26,302 bases of DNA from Candidatus Sumerlaeales bacterium. Lineage in GTDB: Bacteria; Sumerlaeota; Sumerlaeia; Sumerlaeales; Sumerlaeaceae. The stretch is from assembly GCA_038243585.1 (NCBI GenBank), contig JBBSQY010000045.1:1-26302 (forward strand), written 5' to 3'. This document shows positions 25,171-26,302 of this stretch, piece by piece. Position 1 is the stretch's first letter. Each line of letters starts with the position of its first letter. Both the position numbers and the translations under genes were made by a program. Below the pieces are notes generated by a model. That model was not told the origin of the DNA. It did not search any database and worked only from the letters and a program-made list of their open reading frames with translations.

Positions 25171-26302
25171 ATGTTTAAACCAGGTAATGGCGGCTCGTGG
25201 TTGAAAAAAATTGTAGGCGCTGCTGTGCTGTTTCTTGCGGTGGCGGGCTCAGGCTCAAAGGCTACTGCTCAGGTAAACGATAACTTGGCGGGGCGGATCG
25301 TAATCACGAATCCTTCCGGCTCTATTAGCGGCAGCAATGCGGGGGCTACTGTAGAGCCTATGGAGCCTGATGCGAGTGGATTCTTTACCTCATATAATTC
25401 GAGTGTCTGGTACCAGTGGACAGCGCCGGCCAGCGGGTCTTCTGTCTTTACTGTAACCAGCGCCGGTGATCCTGTTCTCGGGGTTTATGCAGATCCTGTT
25501 CCGGATTTCCCCTTGGACACGACATTGGGCGAGAACGATGATTTCTCTGGGTTGAATAGTCAGGTTTCGTTTACCGCCAGCGCCGGAGTCACTTATTATA
25601 TAATGGTAGGAAGCTGGGGTGGTGGTTCTGGAACTAATTTCACCCTCGCGTGGAGTACGGTGGTGGCCAATAGTGCCCCAGTCGCTGTTGTTGACCCGAC
25701 TAATCCTGCCACTGAAGATACAGCCGTTGCGATCGATGTCTTGGGTAACGACACGGACCCTGAAGGGGACACGTTGACAGCAACAAATTTGACTATTAAC
25801 CCTATGTATGGTACAGTCAGCTTTGATGGCACGAACGTAATTTACACGCCGGCGCTTAATTTCAACGGCACGGCAACGTTCACATACACGGCCAATGACG
25901 GCGCACTTGATTCTGCTTCGCCTGCCACGGTAACTGTGCAAGTTGCTGCCGTCAATGATCCGCCAGTCGCGGTAAATGATCCAGGCCAGTCAACCAATGA
26001 AGATACCGCAGTATCAATTGATGTAAATGCGAATGATACGGACGTTGATTTGCCTGCGCAGGATCTGGTTGTAACAAACCTTGTGATTAACCCCATGTTT
26101 GGTACGGTCAGCTTTGATGGCACGAACGTAATTTACACGCCGGCACTTAACTTCAACGGACCAGCAACCTTCACGTACACGGCCAATGACGGGACACTTG
26201 ATTCTGCTTTAGCTGCCACGGTTACTGTTCAAGTTGCTGCCGTCAACGACGCACCGGTCGCCAACAACGACACGTATGCGACGGACGAAGACACATCAAT
26301 AA
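25171..26302 (+). CDS. Large secreted adhesin-like protein, 5' part: signal peptide, PPC-like beta domain, tandem ~95-aa Ig/cadherin-like (Big_9-type) repeats; truncated by window end
   Basis: Hand translation: MFKPGNGGSWLKKIVGAAVLFLAVAGSGSKATA|QVNDN...SVWYQWTAPASG...ENDD...TYYIMVG, then NSAPVAV...EDTAVAIDVLGNDTDPEGD...YTPALNFNG...FTYTANDG...VNDPPVA repeats; no stop before 26302; in-frame upstream ATG at 25057 is an alternative start. Confidence 0.9.
   Translation, partial: MFKPGNGGSWLKKIVGAAVLFLAVAGSGSKATAQVNDNLAGRIVITNPSGSISGSNAGATVEPMEPDASGFFTSYNSSVWYQWTAPASGSSVFTVTSAGDPVLGVYADPVPDFPLDTTLGENDDFSGLNSQVSFTASAGVTYYIMVGSWGGGSGTNFTLAWSTVVANSAPVAVVDPTNPATEDTAVAIDVLGNDTDPEGDTLTATNLTINPMYGTVSFDGTNVIYTPALNFNGTATFTYTANDGALDSASPATVTVQVAAVNDPPVAVNDPGQSTNEDTAVSIDVNANDTDVDLPAQDLVVTNLVINPMFGTVSFDGTNVIYTPALNFNGPATFTYTANDGTLDSALAATVTVQVAAVNDAPVANNDTYATDEDTSI
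25669..26302 (+). repeat. Intragenic tandem repeats (units start at 25669, 25954 and 26245; 285 and 291 nt)
   Basis: About 25795-25958 and 26086-26249 are near-identical at DNA level, e.g. shared GTCAGCTTTGATGGCACGAACGTAATTTACACGCCGGC. Confidence 0.9.

Noticed and set aside
25390..26123. Minus-strand ORFs 25390..25941, 25596..25832 and 25842..26123
   Set aside because: Antisense shadows of the plus-strand repeat protein.

Overview
Bacterial chromosomal window almost wholly occupied by type IV filament (T2SS/T4P-superfamily) genes in three modules. (i) A minus-strand trio of minor prepilins (196-2203) lies downstream of fumC. (ii) A plus-strand operon (4063-10425) encodes a short GspE/PilB-like ATPase, two tandem GspF/PilC paralogues, three minor prepilins and a GspG-like pilin, with no secretin. 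(iii) A minus-strand operon (24382->11740) reads gspE, gspF, H-, I-, J-like, gspK, PilM-PilN fusion, PilO/GspM-like, GspC/PilP-like and secretin, and has no major pilin gene. A glycoside-hydrolase-like gene and tRNA-Val(CAC) sit between modules ii and iii. The window ends in the 5' part of a secreted Ig/cadherin-like repeat protein that is absent from the ORF track. Most notable observations: GTAG-type REP palindromes lie in frame inside the cleavable leader peptides of three prepilins and inside the zinc-knuckle loop of an ATPase; two NrdR-box-like motifs 31 bp apart lie upstream of gspE; and a 65-codon ORF is translationally coupled at both ends inside the main operon. The GspG-like protein resembles a family I associate with Candidatus Sumerlaeota (BRC1); this taxonomic hint is inference only.
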